Source: Fibrobacterota bacterium
GTDB lineage: Bacteria > Fibrobacterota > Chitinivibrionia > Chitinivibrionales > Chitinispirillaceae
DNA: 64,000 nucleotides
Direction: 5' to 3'
Assembly: GCA_023459055.1 (NCBI GenBank)
Contig: JAEWVR010000019.1
Coordinates: 38,480-102,479, forward strand
A model generated the notes under the pieces. It ran no database searches. It saw only the letters and a list, made by a program, of their open reading frames with translations, and was not told the DNA's origin. Below are positions 29,475 through 39,963 of the stretch, piece after piece (the first letter of the stretch is position 1; each line of letters starts with the position of its first letter). The position numbers and the translations under genes are program-made.

Positions 29475-29847
29475 GCAGTGTCCCTGCAGTGCAATAGTTT
29501 TTGGGTTGGTACGCAGTGTCAGCAGCCTGCAAAATGTCCGAACTGTGACGATAATACACTGCTCTCCTATCCAGCAAATAAATAGTAACCGGATTCTGAA
29601 ATCATCTTAGAACGTTCGCATATTCTTACAAGACAACTTTTGCAAAACATTTGGATCATTTTAAAACACTTGAATTAATCACATATAAAACAACATGTTA
29701 TGCACTCATTGACAGATAATGATCCTTCGCATAAACCATTACCTATTCCGCTATTAGTTCCGCCAAACGGTACACTGCTCTCCGATTTCATCCATAATTT
29801 CCTGAAACTATTGCAGAAGTCAGGATTTTAGGATATATTACATTATT

Positions 29848-30714
29848 ATGAAAAACAGCAAAATAGTGCTGAAAGACTATCTTGATTTCAGATCATATAT
29901 AAAAGATTATATTGAATACAAAAATGCACACGGCGAACAGCTTACCAATCGTTCGTTTGCTTCAGCCGTTGGTATTAGCTCATCCTCCTGGTTGACTACA
30001 ATTTTAAATGGAAAAAAAGGGATCACCGATAAAACAGTCGGTGCTATTTCAGATTTCTTTAAGCATAACGATTGGGATCGAGAGTACTTCAGGATCCTTG
30101 TCAATTTCAATCAGGCAAAGACAGTTGAAAGTCGAAACGTTTTTTTCACTCAACTGAAACAACTTCTTTTAAAAAGAGGTTATCTGGCCATACGGGTTCT
30201 TGATAACGATCAGTACGAATACTATTCCAAATGGTATTATAGTGCAGTCCGGTCAATTATTGGAATGATACCTGTTGGTGATGAATATGAACGGCTTGCA
30301 CGTTATGTTTCACCATCAATTACCGCAGCCCAGGCTAAAAAGTCAATCAAATTACTTTTAAAACTTGGGTTGATCGAGAAATTGGATGCAGGATATTATA
30401 GACTGACGAATAGTGCAATTTCAACTGGTTACAATGTAAAATCGCTTGCAGTCGCCAATTTTCAGAGAGAAACAATGAAACTTGGTATTGAGGCAATCGA
30501 TCGTTATGATTCATCAATACGTGATATATCATCTCTGAGTATTGGAATCTCCGAAGCCGGTTTTCAGAAGATTTCCGCTATGATCGCAGAATTCAGAAAA
30601 GCGATAGTAGAGGTTGCCAATACCGACAATGATGCCGACAGGGTGTATCAGGTCAATTTTCAGGTTTTTCCATTATCCAGGGTACTCAACCATGATGAGA
30701 ATGAGAAACTATGA
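29848..30714 (+). CDS. Putative HTH-type regulator resembling the Fibrobacter-type TIGR02147 paralogous family
   Basis: 'YLDFRSYIKDYIEYKNAHGEQLTNRSFASAVGISSSSWLTTILNGKKGIT' matches that family's N-terminal pattern as I recall it. This was not verified by search. Confidence 0.4.
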   Translation: MKNSKIVLKDYLDFRSYIKDYIEYKNAHGEQLTNRSFASAVGISSSSWLTTILNGKKGITDKTVGAISDFFKHNDWDREYFRILVNFNQAKTVESRNVFFTQLKQLLLKRGYLAIRVLDNDQYEYYSKWYYSAVRSIIGMIPVGDEYERLARYVSPSITAAQAKKSIKLLLKLGLIEKLDAGYYRLTNSAISTGYNVKSLAVANFQRETMKLGIEAIDRYDSSIRDISSLSIGISEAGFQKISAMIAEFRKAIVEVANTDNDADRVYQVNFQVFPLSRVLNHDENEKL

Positions 30715-31952
30715 CGAGTAAAAACATTAGTATTTGTAACGTACTACTCCTGATAGTTGGAGTGATTATCATGTGTACCTCCTGTACGTCTGATAATCTT
30801 GCCGGCGGAAATTCGTCCGAAACAACCAATACAAAGATCCTCGCGAGCACCAGTGATGTCGCCAAAGGTGCTAAACTATATCTTATTGATGCCGAAAACT
30901 GGACCTATTATGTTTCGAGAAATAAAAGCCCGATACTTGACAGTACCGTATCAGATAATGACGGCAATTTTAAATTTGACTCGCTTCCTTTGACAAATTG
31001 CAACCTCCAGATCGATCACGAATCAAGCGGGTTACTGCTCAGGAATTTCAGCCGGGATGGAAAAGAGACGAATCACAGTGATACCCTGCAGCTGCTTGAC
31101 TATGCAGCGATTAACGGATCGTGTCTTGTCCATTCTGACAGTGTCAACCTTGCTCTGCTTGAAGGTTCAGGCTATACATCATCCATTATCAGCAACAGGA
31201 AGTTTTCTCTTTCAAAAGTTGCACCTGGTACATATCCGCTTCTCTTTAAATCACCGGTCGGATTTATTGACATTATACGTGCCGACTCACTTCATCCGCG
31301 TCAGAGCAAATCACTTGATAACCTTGTTGTCAATTTCAAGGAGTATTTCATAGATGATTTCGAGGATGGAGATTCGATCAGTATTCCAGGCCTCATAACT
31401 GGTGCTCACTGGTACAGTTTTGTCGATGTCGAATCATCAATGAGTAAAACGATTGCTTATACTCCTGAGAATGATAATTACTATCTCAGTACCGATATTA
31501 TGCTACGCACTAATCAGATCGGATCATTTGCCGGTACCGGAGTATACCTTGACAAAAATCACGGGGAGTGGGATCTCTCGACAATCAAGTCAATCTCCTT
31601 TTTGGCAAAAGGATCCGGGACTTTCAGAATAAGCATGGAGTCAGCACACATTGATGATCTCTCGCCAGACTCAATATATTCCTGGCCTCATTTCGGTGCA
31701 CTCTTTACCGTTGATTCAACATGGAGATCATTTACAATTCCAGTCGATTCACTAACGATCATACCAAACACGCCACTTTCCGGTAGTGGAATTACCTGGG
31801 CTGAAGCAGTCAAAAGAATTGTTCGTATTGAATTTGAAGTGTCACCGATGTACAGTTCACTTGGCGAGCATAGTCTCATGATTGACAATGTAAAACTTGA
31901 TGGTATCTCGGATACCGAGTTTTTCAGACAGATCAAACTGAGTGGAAGGTAA
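30711..31952 (+). CDS. Lipoprotein, hypothetical (translationally coupled to the upstream regulator-like gene)
   Basis: The start overlaps the upstream stop (ATGA). A TM/signal segment is followed by Cys ('CTSCTS'). Composition is beta-rich. Confidence 0.5.
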   Translation: MTSKNISICNVLLLIVGVIIMCTSCTSDNLAGGNSSETTNTKILASTSDVAKGAKLYLIDAENWTYYVSRNKSPILDSTVSDNDGNFKFDSLPLTNCNLQIDHESSGLLLRNFSRDGKETNHSDTLQLLDYAAINGSCLVHSDSVNLALLEGSGYTSSIISNRKFSLSKVAPGTYPLLFKSPVGFIDIIRADSLHPRQSKSLDNLVVNFKEYFIDDFEDGDSISIPGLITGAHWYSFVDVESSMSKTIAYTPENDNYYLSTDIMLRTNQIGSFAGTGVYLDKNHGEWDLSTIKSISFLAKGSGTFRISMESAHIDDLSPDSIYSWPHFGALFTVDSTWRSFTIPVDSLTIIPNTPLSGSGITWAEAVKRIVRIEFEVSPMYSSLGEHSLMIDNVKLDGISDTEFFRQIKLSGR

Positions 31953-31966
31953 TGCAGGCGCTTCTA

Positions 31967-34900
31967 TCAATTGTGCGACTTACGTTTCTCCTGACGTTTA
32001 CGTTCCCGTTCCTCTTTTAAAAAACGGGCAATCAACTCTCTTTGAAACCACAGGCTTCTATTAATGGTCGTTTCCAACGCAGCAATCGTTCCACTTTTTT
32101 CTGCACCTTCAATTTCGATCATCTCCGATACTGGTGCATTTTTCAGTGAAGGCTGTGTGTGCAAATCTTTATTACTTTGTAAATATTTTAGCCATTCCTG
32201 CATAATATTCATCTGATTCTCAAGAACACTTAATACAGACTTCATTGTATCGGGGTTGACCGTATCACTCACACCGGTATCCGCATTGTTCAATGATGAT
32301 GCCACTTTATTCATTCCGGAAGTCAATGCAGCACTTAATTCGTTAGCGATTTTTACAATTGACGCTTCAGTAACCTGATTTTTATGTTCTTTTTCCTGAA
32401 TCACAATTTGTGGAGATAGATTCTTACCTTGTGCAATTGCATTGCTGATATCACTCAGGCCATCACCAACTTTACATAACTGTAATACCGCCTGCCCTAC
32501 CTTATCATCAGCTTTTGCAAACTTATTCTGATTAAAGGATCGTTTAATTTCCTCCCAACGTAACCGCTCAACTTCAGAAAGACACCCCAGAAGCTCTTTC
32601 CACTTAAGTAAATTGGCTTCTGCCCCCGTAGTCAATGTCTGGGCATCATTTTCGTAGGAGCGCAAGACGGTTCCGAATAATTCTTCATCATTCATAACAG
32701 GTACAATACGTTCTGCAATACGGTTCATATTTCTGTATGATCCCTGAAGCTTAAAAGCAGGTTCAGTCCTGTATTCATTTGCCTGTGCAGCGCTGCGTAT
32801 ATACTCCTGATTTACTTTTAAAACGATATCCCGTACGCGCAGTAATTTTCGTATTACCGAAACAAGATCACTCATGAGGTTGGCACTGTAATCACCACTC
32901 AGCTCAATTTTTTCCATTGAGTTGTTTTCGCATGCATTTACAAAAGCATAGAGATCACAAAGCGGTCGTTTTGTCATTTCACTTAAAACGGGATTTGATG
33001 TCAATGCATTTTCGATATAACTGAGTTTAAAGGCTTTTTCATTGGCGCTCAGCATGTCACCAAGATTATAGGTATCTGCACGGTTTGCAAGCATATCGGG
33101 TATTTTAAATCGTTCGCCGCTTTCGGTATACGGGTTACCGGCCATAACAACGGCAACTTTCTTGCCCCTGAAATCATAAGTACGACTTTTACCATTGTAA
33201 ACGCCCTCAATTTTACGCTGGGCATCACAAAGTGAAATGAATTTTTCCAGAAACTCCGGATTACAATGCTGAATATCGTCAACATAGATCATGACATTGT
33301 TTCCCATTTCAAGCGCAAGATTCAGTTTCTGCAGCTCCTCACGGGAACTTGCGTTTGGAGCCTCCGCCGGATCCAGTGATGTAACCTTATTACCAACTGC
33401 GGGACCGTTGATTTTCATAAATATCAATCCAACCCTGCTTGCAACATATTCCATCAATGTTGTTTTTCCATAGCCCGGTGGTGAGATCAGAAGCAACATT
33501 CCCGATAAGTCAGTACGTTTCTTTTCGCCAACAACGCCGATCTGCTTTGCGAGGTTATCACCAATAAGTGGCAGATACAACTCATTAATTAGCTTATTAC
33601 GCACAAAGGAGCTCATGATTTTCGGATTAAACTCATCAAGTTTCAGCCTTTGTTTATAGGAATCACGAACGGTTCTTTTTATGTCCCTGCATGCCTGGAA
33701 TTTGACAACCACATTTTTCTCGTAAACATCCAGTTCATGCACAAACATTGCGTATGTCAACTTTAATTCTCCATTGACAATTTTAGGATGATCACCCCGA
33801 AGCCCCTTAATTGTCCGTGATGTCGGTGTTTCAATGATTTCACCCGGTAGTCGTACTTGTAAACCGGTAATTAATTCAAGTGCGATTAGCACTGCTGCTT
33901 CTTCAATAAAAGGTTTCAACTCAGGAACATTTAATTCACTGAAGCAGGCCCGGATCCAGCTATGCACCATTTCAAACTGCGCTGCAGGATCTCCATTAAG
34001 CAGATTAACCGATTCTATAAATTTCTGATAAACAGTTTTTTCTTTCAGACAGGCAGTCACTTTCCGGCATAGTGTATCAGCTTCAATGCTGATTACAAAT
34101 TTATTACCTCTACCCCGTTCATCACACAAATACCTGACAGCATCGGAAGCAAGCGAATCATCACAAAAGCAGACAGTTTTACAGAAATCCGCAACCATGC
34201 GTTGCAATTCCTTAATACAAGAGTGATCATACATTCCTTTATTAAAAGTAGTCTGCGCAATATGCATGCCTTTTAATTGCTTGTCAATCCTCTCCTTGAT
34301 CTCCTGATCCTGCGGCCATAGCCAGAATAATCGCGCGAGTGCCCGTGCTGATGGCATATAGGTTAGAAGATCTATTGACAAACTTAATTCCGCACAGTTT
34401 TTTATGATCAGCGCGGCATCGAAATCATGTACACCCTTCACATACCCTTCATCATAACGGCTGGTCATGAATTTAGAGACTTTTACAACAAGTTCATCGA
34501 CCTGACTTGCTGCAATTGAATCCATTGGATCAAACGATCCATCCTTTGATGCCTTAATAATCTGAAAGGCAAGATATTCCGCTCTGTAAACATTACTATT
34601 TTCAGAAATCAGTTCCTGTGCCCAGACATTCTTTGTGGAATCAAGCTCTTCAGAAACGATTGGTTCGTAAAAATCGGTTCCTGTAAGATGGAAATACATT
34701 TGCTCATTTTTGTAGATGATGGCAAGATCAAGTGGCTGGGTATTTACAGAAAAATTATGACGCCCGAGCTTTATAATATCTTTTCCATCAACATATAATT
34801 CCAATGAATCAAGAAGTTTACGTGATGCATCTTCATGAAGCGTTTTAAGGCGGCTCTGGATATCATCTGCTTTTACCGAATCACCAAGCGTATCAAGCTT

Positions 34901-37369
34901 CTCAATCAGCTCCCGCACTTTGTCAACCATCATATCTGATGCAAGATAGGTATTGATATCATTCTGAGTTGTAAATGAACGCAGACGGGTTTCAATTCCC
35001 TGCAAAATGCGCTCGGCAGCGCTCATAAGTGATGTACATGTGCGGTTACGCTGTTCCTGAAGCATTACCCTTTTAGACTCAAACGCCTGATTAACTTCAA
35101 TTCTCTTCTGAGCAAGTACCGGTACAAATTCATCAAAGTCGGCGAATCTGCTATCAAGTTCTTCAAACAGTACCATAATTTTTGATAAAAATTCATCGCA
35201 CTTTGAAGCATCATCGGTAATATCAAGATAATTTGCAATTGACTGATCAAGCAGTTTAATCTGTGCGTTAAATTCTGCCGTCCCCTCACCACTACGCAGG
35301 TTTTTCACGTGCATCCTCAGACGGCTTCTTATCCTGTTAAGTTCTCCGAATATCAATGCAATTTTTTCTGTGATTTGTGTAGCATTGACAGGATCATCAA
35401 TTTTAAGATTACCGACAATCTCGACCAGAAGCTCAAGATCTTTACCCGTTTTATCAATTTCAGCCTCAACCCTGCGTCCATCAGATGTTTTCGTAACCGA
35501 AGCGACATCATTATCGTGCTTTACAACAGCATCATGATATGCCCGAAGCCCATCAGGGGTAAGTAGAAACGCGATACAGGCGCTGCTGATCTTTTCGAAT
35601 GCATCCTTTGCACTTTTCTCCAGAATACTGATTGCCTCAAGATCAGCATATTTCATCTCTTTTAGAGATGTAATATCGCCACGAAGTGAACGGATATCAG
35701 CCAGCGCCGTTACAAATCTATCAATACGTTTCGGCTCAAGATTACCTGTTGACAGCAGAAGTTCATCTGAGCGCTGCGTTACTTTGGAAAGTGCATCACG
35801 TGTCTGCTTTTTTACTGCATTCACTTTCTCAAACTCTTCAACCGCTGATGCAGCAATGGTTCTTATGGCGATAAGTGTATTCTTTAAACCAAAACCTTCC
35901 GGTTTATCAATCCAGAAATGAGAATCGAGTATGCGATTCGCTTCCCGTGAAATATCGATGTATAAGTTGGCATATGAATCCTCTTTTAGCAGCAGACTTA
36001 AAACAGTCTGACATTCAGACATGCAACGAACGATTTCCTTATTTCCAACTTTGTAGAGAAGGGAATCGGTATTGACTGCAGGTGGTATATAACCGGTACC
36101 AAAAAACGGTGTCTGCCATATTTGTAATACATGACTGTTTCGAGGTTCTTTTTCTGCTTTAAACAGAACCTGTTCTCCATTGTCAAAGTAGGTAAAGCCA
36201 TGGCAGATAACCGGAGTGTCTACTTTCTGTTCAATTCGATTGTAAGGTAATATGACACAAATACCATCAACAGCATTATAGAAAACATATTGAAAATCTT
36301 CACCATTAGGTGCGGCTATTTTTTTCTCGAAGCGTAAATTTTCAATTGTCGAATCAAATATTTTAAATACACCAGTCTGAAGGTAATACCCATTTGGAAA
36401 AATGATACCGCTGTTATCAGGAAGTAATATGCAGGCATCCTCAATGGTGTCGATTCGTACAACTTTCTGAGTTTTTTCGTTGTAAAGAAGATATCTGAAA
36501 TTCTTCTCCTGAAAAGGGCGAACTTTAAGAAGAATTAAATTTCCGACAATTGCATAAAATATTTCAGCGTCATCAAGTGTCTGATCTTTATTCTCCACTG
36601 ATTCACAATAGATACCTCTTCCGGTGCTCGTATTATCTTCAACCTTTATTGTAAGATCACCACCGATTGTTTCAACAAACAAGCGGTCATCTATAGAAAT
36701 GTGTGGATGCTCACCCGGACGGAAATTTTCTCTTCTTGTCCGTTTCCATTCAAATTCATGCTGCGGAGGCGATACCAGCTCCTGTTCACTGCGATTGTTG
36801 ATATATATGAGTTTACCTTTTTCAAAACCCCATTTGAATGTCTTTATATCAGAGACATTATTACCGGTTCTGAAAACCATATACAGAAAAGGACCATTAA
36901 CAACGAGTTTAGTCAGAAACGTGTTTCTATAGTATTTATAGAGTTCCTGAAAATCACGGATAAAATTGTCATTTTTTAAAATATCAATCGATACTTCATT
37001 AAAATGATGATTTTCATATTCATAAACAGAAAAAACATCTTCAATAGCCGTTGTCGATTTAAGACCGAATTGTACATTATAACCAAAGATAAAACGGTTT
37101 CCAAATGATGCCAGATCCCGCGGAATGCAGCTGTTTTCGGTAGTAATCCGTTCACTGCATATGAGAGCTGTATTCACAGCTCCAAAGACATCTTTACGTG
37201 CTTTATTAACTTTATCAAGTGTGTCACGAAGCTGTTTGGCACATTGATCAAGACGCTGCCTGATCACTACATAGGTGCCACTATCAATCTGGTTTTGTTC
37301 AATATCATTTGAAGTATTCTGAACGGGTTCCTTATCCTGTGGATTATCTGTCTTTTCCATATATGTCAA
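31967..37369 (-). CDS. Giant (1800 aa) soluble protein with a single MoxR/dynein-type AAA+ ATPase module in its C-terminal third; function unknown
   Basis: Walker A 'ISPPGYGKTTLMEY'. Walker B 'VMIYVDDIQHCNP'. Sensor region 'VVMAGNPYTESGERFKIPDMLANRADTYNLG' follows the MoxR 'NP...xLxxAxxDRF' pattern. No TM or signal peptide. Long predicted helical and coiled regions. Confidence 0.7.
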   Translation of the reverse strand: MTYMEKTDNPQDKEPVQNTSNDIEQNQIDSGTYVVIRQRLDQCAKQLRDTLDKVNKARKDVFGAVNTALICSERITTENSCIPRDLASFGNRFIFGYNVQFGLKSTTAIEDVFSVYEYENHHFNEVSIDILKNDNFIRDFQELYKYYRNTFLTKLVVNGPFLYMVFRTGNNVSDIKTFKWGFEKGKLIYINNRSEQELVSPPQHEFEWKRTRRENFRPGEHPHISIDDRLFVETIGGDLTIKVEDNTSTGRGIYCESVENKDQTLDDAEIFYAIVGNLILLKVRPFQEKNFRYLLYNEKTQKVVRIDTIEDACILLPDNSGIIFPNGYYLQTGVFKIFDSTIENLRFEKKIAAPNGEDFQYVFYNAVDGICVILPYNRIEQKVDTPVICHGFTYFDNGEQVLFKAEKEPRNSHVLQIWQTPFFGTGYIPPAVNTDSLLYKVGNKEIVRCMSECQTVLSLLLKEDSYANLYIDISREANRILDSHFWIDKPEGFGLKNTLIAIRTIAASAVEEFEKVNAVKKQTRDALSKVTQRSDELLLSTGNLEPKRIDRFVTALADIRSLRGDITSLKEMKYADLEAISILEKSAKDAFEKISSACIAFLLTPDGLRAYHDAVVKHDNDVASVTKTSDGRRVEAEIDKTGKDLELLVEIVGNLKIDDPVNATQITEKIALIFGELNRIRSRLRMHVKNLRSGEGTAEFNAQIKLLDQSIANYLDITDDASKCDEFLSKIMVLFEELDSRFADFDEFVPVLAQKRIEVNQAFESKRVMLQEQRNRTCTSLMSAAERILQGIETRLRSFTTQNDINTYLASDMMVDKVRELIEKLDTLGDSVKADDIQSRLKTLHEDASRKLLDSLELYVDGKDIIKLGRHNFSVNTQPLDLAIIYKNEQMYFHLTGTDFYEPIVSEELDSTKNVWAQELISENSNVYRAEYLAFQIIKASKDGSFDPMDSIAASQVDELVVKVSKFMTSRYDEGYVKGVHDFDAALIIKNCAELSLSIDLLTYMPSARALARLFWLWPQDQEIKERIDKQLKGMHIAQTTFNKGMYDHSCIKELQRMVADFCKTVCFCDDSLASDAVRYLCDERGRGNKFVISIEADTLCRKVTACLKEKTVYQKFIESVNLLNGDPAAQFEMVHSWIRACFSELNVPELKPFIEEAAVLIALELITGLQVRLPGEIIETPTSRTIKGLRGDHPKIVNGELKLTYAMFVHELDVYEKNVVVKFQACRDIKRTVRDSYKQRLKLDEFNPKIMSSFVRNKLINELYLPLIGDNLAKQIGVVGEKKRTDLSGMLLLISPPGYGKTTLMEYVASRVGLIFMKINGPAVGNKVTSLDPAEAPNASSREELQKLNLALEMGNNVMIYVDDIQHCNPEFLEKFISLCDAQRKIEGVYNGKSRTYDFRGKKVAVVMAGNPYTESGERFKIPDMLANRADTYNLGDMLSANEKAFKLSYIENALTSNPVLSEMTKRPLCDLYAFVNACENNSMEKIELSGDYSANLMSDLVSVIRKLLRVRDIVLKVNQEYIRSAAQANEYRTEPAFKLQGSYRNMNRIAERIVPVMNDEELFGTVLRSYENDAQTLTTGAEANLLKWKELLGCLSEVERLRWEEIKRSFNQNKFAKADDKVGQAVLQLCKVGDGLSDISNAIAQGKNLSPQIVIQEKEHKNQVTEASIVKIANELSAALTSGMNKVASSLNNADTGVSDTVNPDTMKSVLSVLENQMNIMQEWLKYLQSNKDLHTQPSLKNAPVSEMIEIEGAEKSGTIAALETTINRSLWFQRELIARFLKEERERKRQEKRKSHN

Positions 37370-37587
37370 TTTCCTGAGGAATGTACAATGCAGTCTTGAA
37401 AAATGTGATTAACAGCCCTGCCGTGATAGTGTTATTGTGTCATTAACAAGGAAGGATTAGTGCCAATTGAGTACCCCTACCTCAGCTAAAAGCAGCGGGA
37501 CCTCCCCAGACAATGTCGTTAACTTAGTGTTTAAAAGGTGGCAGTGTACTTAGACGCTCGCCCCCACCCGCTCGCAAAGCCGAGCGA

Positions 37588-37648
37588 CCTCCCCCGCAGG
37601 AGGGAGATATAATTGTTTAAAAACCAAAGAATACCTCCCTCCTGCAGG
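37588..37648. promoter_or_regulatory. Perfect 11-12 bp GC-rich inverted repeat (GCAGGAGGGAG ... CTCCCTCCTGC) in the 333-bp gap between the flotillin and giant AAA+ genes
   Basis: Read directly. The loop is about 28 nt and no U-tract follows on the transcribed (minus) strand. It belongs to the CCCTCC palindrome family. Confidence 0.4.
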
Positions 37649-37701
37649 AAAGATCTGGTTGCTTTGAGCCAGGGTTAGTGCGTTCAGTCGTCACAGTGGC
37701 A

Positions 37702-39963
37702 TTACATATTGATTATCGACTCAGCCGGTTTACTGCCAATACCAAGTTTTTCAACAGTACTCAGTATCCCCTGAAGCATCCCCTTTTCATCACCTTTTGA
37801 CAAGGACAAGAGCTTCATGATAAGTGCACTGACCGTTAGGTTTTTAAGATCTCCGGAACTCAGATTGAATTTAGCAACAAACTCTTTTATCTGATGTTTA
37901 AAATAATCACCGTCACCATTGACAAACGTTTTCTTTACATCGGTGAGGACCGCACTGTTATTAACCAGTTTATCAACTGATTTACCTTGAACAATTGAAC
38001 CGATGACCTTGTCGAAGAACATGGTTTCACCACCAACAATATCAATCTTGGCACTCTTGAGCGCTTCCTGAATAACAGCAGCCTGTGCATCAGCGATTTT
38101 TGCCTGTGTCTCAATGGATGCAATCTCAATGGTTTTATCTTTGTCAAGTTTTAGTTTGAACTCTTCGTGATCTCTTCCCGGACCGTCAAAGTTTTTCATC
38201 GCATCGGATTTTTCCTTTATGCCGAGAGCTTCTGCGGAATACCTTTTTGACAATACTGATGCCTCGGCTGTTCCCTTCTTTTCGATGGTGGTCGCCATTG
38301 CTTCACCACCTTTAGCCTCTGCCAGTGCTTTTGCCTCAATACCCTTTGCTTCAGCAAGACCTTTCAGTTCAAGTACGTGAGCTTCTGCGGTACCTTGTTT
38401 TTCCAATGCAACAGCTTTAGCCTCAAGGCCTTTGCTTTCGGCAACAATCTTAAGTTCAATACCTTTTGCCTCTGCTGCAGCTTTTACCTCGATACCCTTA
38501 GCTTCTGTTGTATAGTTCATCTCCTGAACCTTTACTTTTGCACCACCTTCAAGTTCAATTGCTTTGGCACGTGCTTCCATGACCCTTACTTCTGCCATTC
38601 CGTTAATCGCCTCTTCAGATGCACGTACGTCAGCAATGATCTTACGCGCTTCAGCATCCTTCTCTGATGCACGAAGTTTTGCGTCGGCTTCGAGGATCTG
38701 CTGTTCACATATCTGCTGAGCTGCCTTTTTACTTGTCTCTGCCGCAACAAGTTCTTTCACCTGGCTGGCAAGCGCTGCTTCTTCCGCTTGTGTCAACGTC
38801 ACCTTTTTCTGACGATCCGCAGCGGCAAAAGCTTCCGTATCTTTAATCCGCTGCTGTTCTGCAACAGTTTCCTTTTCTACGGCAACACGTTCACGTATAA
38901 CGCTTTGAATATTTTTACGTTCTTCTTCAACCGCACGCTCTTTTGCAATTTCGGCCAGTGTGACGATCTTTTCTTTTTCTGTTTTTTCAATGAGTCTGTC
39001 TTTGTCAACCCGCTCAGCTTCAACCAGTTCAACACGTTCACGTGCTTTCTGTGCAACAATAATCTGACGATTCTTGTTTTCTTCAGCAATTGCAATTTCC
39101 TCTTCCGTCGTGATACGTGCACGCTCAGCTTTCAGCCGTTCCTCGCTTGCGATTTTTTGTGCTTCAGCCTGTTCTCTTGACTTGATTGCAGCTATTTCAC
39201 GTATCTGCTTCTCCTGAGCTTCTGTCTGCTGACGCTGCAATTCAAGGATTGCCTCTTTAGCCTGAACATCCTGCTGTTCAATAGTCTTTTCCTTATCACG
39301 CTGGATCTGGTTTGCCTTTATCATTTCGCGAGCTGTTATTTCTGTAATCTTCTTAAATCCTTCAACATCGAGGATATTATCTTTACTCAAATGTTCAATC
39401 GATGTCTGTTCGAGATAGTCAATTGCGGCATCGTCAAGAACATATCCATTAAGATCTGTTCCGATTACCTGCAAAATCTCCTCTTTAAATTTATTTCTCT
39501 CGGTATAGAGTTGTACAAAATCAAACTTCTTTCCTACAGTCTTAAGAGCTTCAGAGAATTTTGCATCAAAGAAAGCCTCCATTGTTTTATGATCTGATGC
39601 TTTTTCACACCCGAGTGACTGTGCTACTTTAAGGACATCCTCGGCACGATGATTTACACGAACAAAGAATGCGACTTTGATATCTGCGCGAATATTATCC
39701 TGGCACAGAAGACCATCAGGTCCGCGGCGATCAGTTTCGATACGTTTCACAGAAATATCCATAATTTCACATTTATGAATTATCGGTACAACCCAGATTC
39801 CACCAAAAGAGACCTTCTGCCCCCCGATTCCATTTCTGACAAGTGCTTTTCCCTGATCGACCTTTTTATAAAATTTTGATAATGCGGTAAGAAATGCAAT
39901 CAAAAAGAAAACTACAACACCTACAATAATTAGTGCTAACATTGGAATTTGCTCAAAATTCAT
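37702..39963 (-). CDS. SPFH/band-7 flotillin-like protein (YqiK/FloT-like) with extended EA-repeat coiled-coil
   Basis: N-terminal TM helix. SPFH core 'GGQKVSFGGIWVVPIIHKCEIMDISVKRIETDR...IRADIKVAFFVRV'. Long E/A/K-rich heptads with tandem 'EAKGIE(V/A)KA' units. Flotillin-like C-terminus. Confidence 0.8.
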   Translation of the reverse strand: MNFEQIPMLALIIVGVVVFFLIAFLTALSKFYKKVDQGKALVRNGIGGQKVSFGGIWVVPIIHKCEIMDISVKRIETDRRGPDGLLCQDNIRADIKVAFFVRVNHRAEDVLKVAQSLGCEKASDHKTMEAFFDAKFSEALKTVGKKFDFVQLYTERNKFKEEILQVIGTDLNGYVLDDAAIDYLEQTSIEHLSKDNILDVEGFKKITEITAREMIKANQIQRDKEKTIEQQDVQAKEAILELQRQQTEAQEKQIREIAAIKSREQAEAQKIASEERLKAERARITTEEEIAIAEENKNRQIIVAQKARERVELVEAERVDKDRLIEKTEKEKIVTLAEIAKERAVEEERKNIQSVIRERVAVEKETVAEQQRIKDTEAFAAADRQKKVTLTQAEEAALASQVKELVAAETSKKAAQQICEQQILEADAKLRASEKDAEARKIIADVRASEEAINGMAEVRVMEARAKAIELEGGAKVKVQEMNYTTEAKGIEVKAAAEAKGIELKIVAESKGLEAKAVALEKQGTAEAHVLELKGLAEAKGIEAKALAEAKGGEAMATTIEKKGTAEASVLSKRYSAEALGIKEKSDAMKNFDGPGRDHEEFKLKLDKDKTIEIASIETQAKIADAQAAVIQEALKSAKIDIVGGETMFFDKVIGSIVQGKSVDKLVNNSAVLTDVKKTFVNGDGDYFKHQIKEFVAKFNLSSGDLKNLTVSALIMKLLSLSKGDEKGMLQGILSTVEKLGIGSKPAESIINM

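Noticed and set aside
31967-37369. Giant protein as a bacterial dynamin-like GTPase (dynamins are known flotillin partners)
   Set aside because: The P-loop is 'GPPGYGKTT' with a downstream 'DDIQ' and an NP...ADTY sensor, which is AAA+ and not the GxxxxGKS/T + DxxG + T/NKxD arrangement of dynamin GTPases.
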